DNA of 63,269 bases, the filler included, from Rhabdomonas costata (taxonomy: Eukaryota), in assembly GCA_019059605.1 (NCBI GenBank). It is 43 parts of 43 records of this genome, joined end to end, with 100 filler letters (N's around TTAATTAATTAA, not from the genome) between each part and the next. Parts side by side here need not be neighbours in the genome. Positions count along the whole stretch, not along the records: positions 61,897 to 63,269 come from JAHMHO010017886.1; 42 more parts are not named here. The stretch is one strand, 5' to 3'. Numbering within the stretch: position 1 is the stretch's first letter; every line of letters begins with the position of its first letter. Position numbers and translations under genes: made by a program. Shown one piece after another: positions 61,949-63,269 of the stretch. Below the pieces are notes generated by a model, which was not told where the DNA came from, searched no databases, and worked only from the letters and a program-made list of their open reading frames with translations.

Positions 61949-62835
61949 CTTGGCTGGCGTGGCAGACCGTTCCATTGCTCTTCACGCGGTCCGGAGGGCA
62001 CACGAACTTCACCCCATCCTGAAAGAGAGAGAGGAGGGGGGGGCAGCGGGGGACTGCAGAGCCCTCGCTATTCATCGGAAACAAGACACTGGAGCAAAAA
62101 TCCTTACACCTGAAGTGCACTGTTCCGGTGTAAGGTAAGAAACCCATTGGACCCCCCGAAAACGGATTTGGTGAACTCTTTCAAAATTCGGGAAAGAACC
62201 CACTTATCTCTTAGCCTATTGTTTCGATTCAGTCAAAGCAAGCTTCAACCGCGCGTGAGGGAAGGAGGAGGAGGGGGGTCATACGCAGTTTTCAGCGATG
62301 TCGCAAGGTCCGGCGGCGGGGCGGCACTGCGTCAGTGTCGTGGCCGGTAGGTCGGGCGGGCAGTAGGCAGAAGTCCCGGTGCAGAACTCAGACTGGTCGC
62401 AGTCGCCTAACAACACGTGCGTAATTAACGTAACCTGATCGTGTGCGCGTGGGCATCGACGGGGTTCACGTCTGACTCCACGGTTTGAGACTGAACGCCA
62501 CCTTCCGCACCATACACTCATGAACCACACAAACTAGGCTCTTGCAACTGGTCAGTTACCGGAGACAGAGCCGACGGAGTACACGCTGTTGGCCCAGTAG
62601 CCTCCGCAGGTCTGGGTGGGATCCGCATAGCATTGCATGGTGCAGGCTGTGGACTCCCCGTAGCTCCCGAAGGTGTTCCCACAGAAGCACTGAAAGCCAT
62701 ACTGCACCCCGGCGTACAGGTAGCCCGCAGACTGGCACAGGTCGATGCAGGACTGCGGCGTGGTGAAGGAGGCGCTCACGTCGTAGCTCAAGTCACGGGA
62801 GCTGGAGTCGGCGAAGCAGTCCACGTACACGATAC
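61949..62835 (-). CDS. Extracellular protein with a WSC domain followed by disintegrin-like repeats; exons 62835-62560, 62406-62285, 62018-61949
   Basis: YVDCFAD...TPQSCIDLC...YAGVQYGFQCFCG...CTMQC...QTCGGYWANSVY (WSC); GDCDQSEFCTGTSAYCPPD...CRPAAGPCDIAENC|DG...CPPD (disintegrin-like). Confidence 0.92.
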
Positions 62836-63269
62836 CTGTGGGGAAAGAGAGCCCATATGTATGACGCAAGTGCTTCCGAACATATCACACACAGCCGAGA
62901 ACGCTCGCCTCGAGGGGTAATGAGCGGGGATTCCGCACTGCCCACTGACGCTGCCCTTTTTCTCCACAAACCACGAAACAAGAATGGAGCTGTGCCCATT
63001 TTTTCGCCAGAGAGCGAGCCAAACAGCTCGACCCTCCAAAAGACTCTTCTTCAAGGGCAGAAACTTTCCGATCCGTTTCGGGAGGAGCATGCGGTTCTCG
63101 CACGCTCTGGGCTATGTGGAGCAGCCACCCATGGAATCACAACCAGCGGTAACAGCACCATGGATGGTCGCATACTCACACTCACACTCACACTCACACT
63201 CAGCGAGGAAGGACGGCGAAACCGCACACCCAGTCCAGCAGTCGAAAACTAGGCGCCGGCCCCCAACCC

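Noticed and set aside
4448-62835. Alternative genetic code or stop-codon reassignment
   Set aside because: Conserved exons contain no in-frame stops, and TAA, TAG and TGA each terminate a plausible last exon.
1-63269. Gene-sized nanochromosomes with telomeres
   Set aside because: The tails are aperiodic with the wrong polarity, contigs break inside exons and introns, and the uniform length is best explained by size-sorted concatenation.
1-63269. Operon-like or functional clustering of neighbouring genes
   Set aside because: Neighbouring contigs are unrelated; adjacency across spacers carries no information.

Overview
This is not one locus. It is 43 short contigs of about 1.37 kb each, joined by artificial 100-bp spacers (N44-TTAATTAATTAA-N44). 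The DNA is an intron-rich eukaryotic nuclear genome, most likely a euglenozoan (euglenid-like), inferred from an articulin gene, a degenerate class III cyclase, a CRE-type retrotransposon fragment and the splice-site style. Most ORFs in the supplied track are spurious. Real coding sequence occurs as short exons, which I joined by hand across GT-AG/GC-AG introns: fused NADH glutamate synthase, acyl-CoA dehydrogenase, PurD, a thioredoxin domain, DEPDC5/Iml1, a PPP phosphatase, a MYST acetyltransferase, a kinase, dynein heavy chain, articulin, C2, HAD-IIA, an MBL hydrolase, an F-box protein, a UBE2O-like E2, an ATG2-like protein, tandem BRCT, Nup62, GCP3, proteasome beta-7 and a WSC+disintegrin protein. 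All protein calls come from motif recognition by eye, without database searches. Best leads: (1) non-coding contig 45678-47051, an array of short hairpin cassettes whose paralogous copies show compensatory base-pair changes; (2) a dispersed repeat with a 5S-rRNA-like core; (3) an unusually high share of GC-AG introns, with very degenerate donors; (4) a frameshifted ankyrin exon lying antisense inside another gene's intron; (5) a +1 frameshift in an otherwise intact ATG2-like ORF. The G/T-rich contig starts, C/A-rich contig ends and terminal fold-backs look like library or amplification artefacts.
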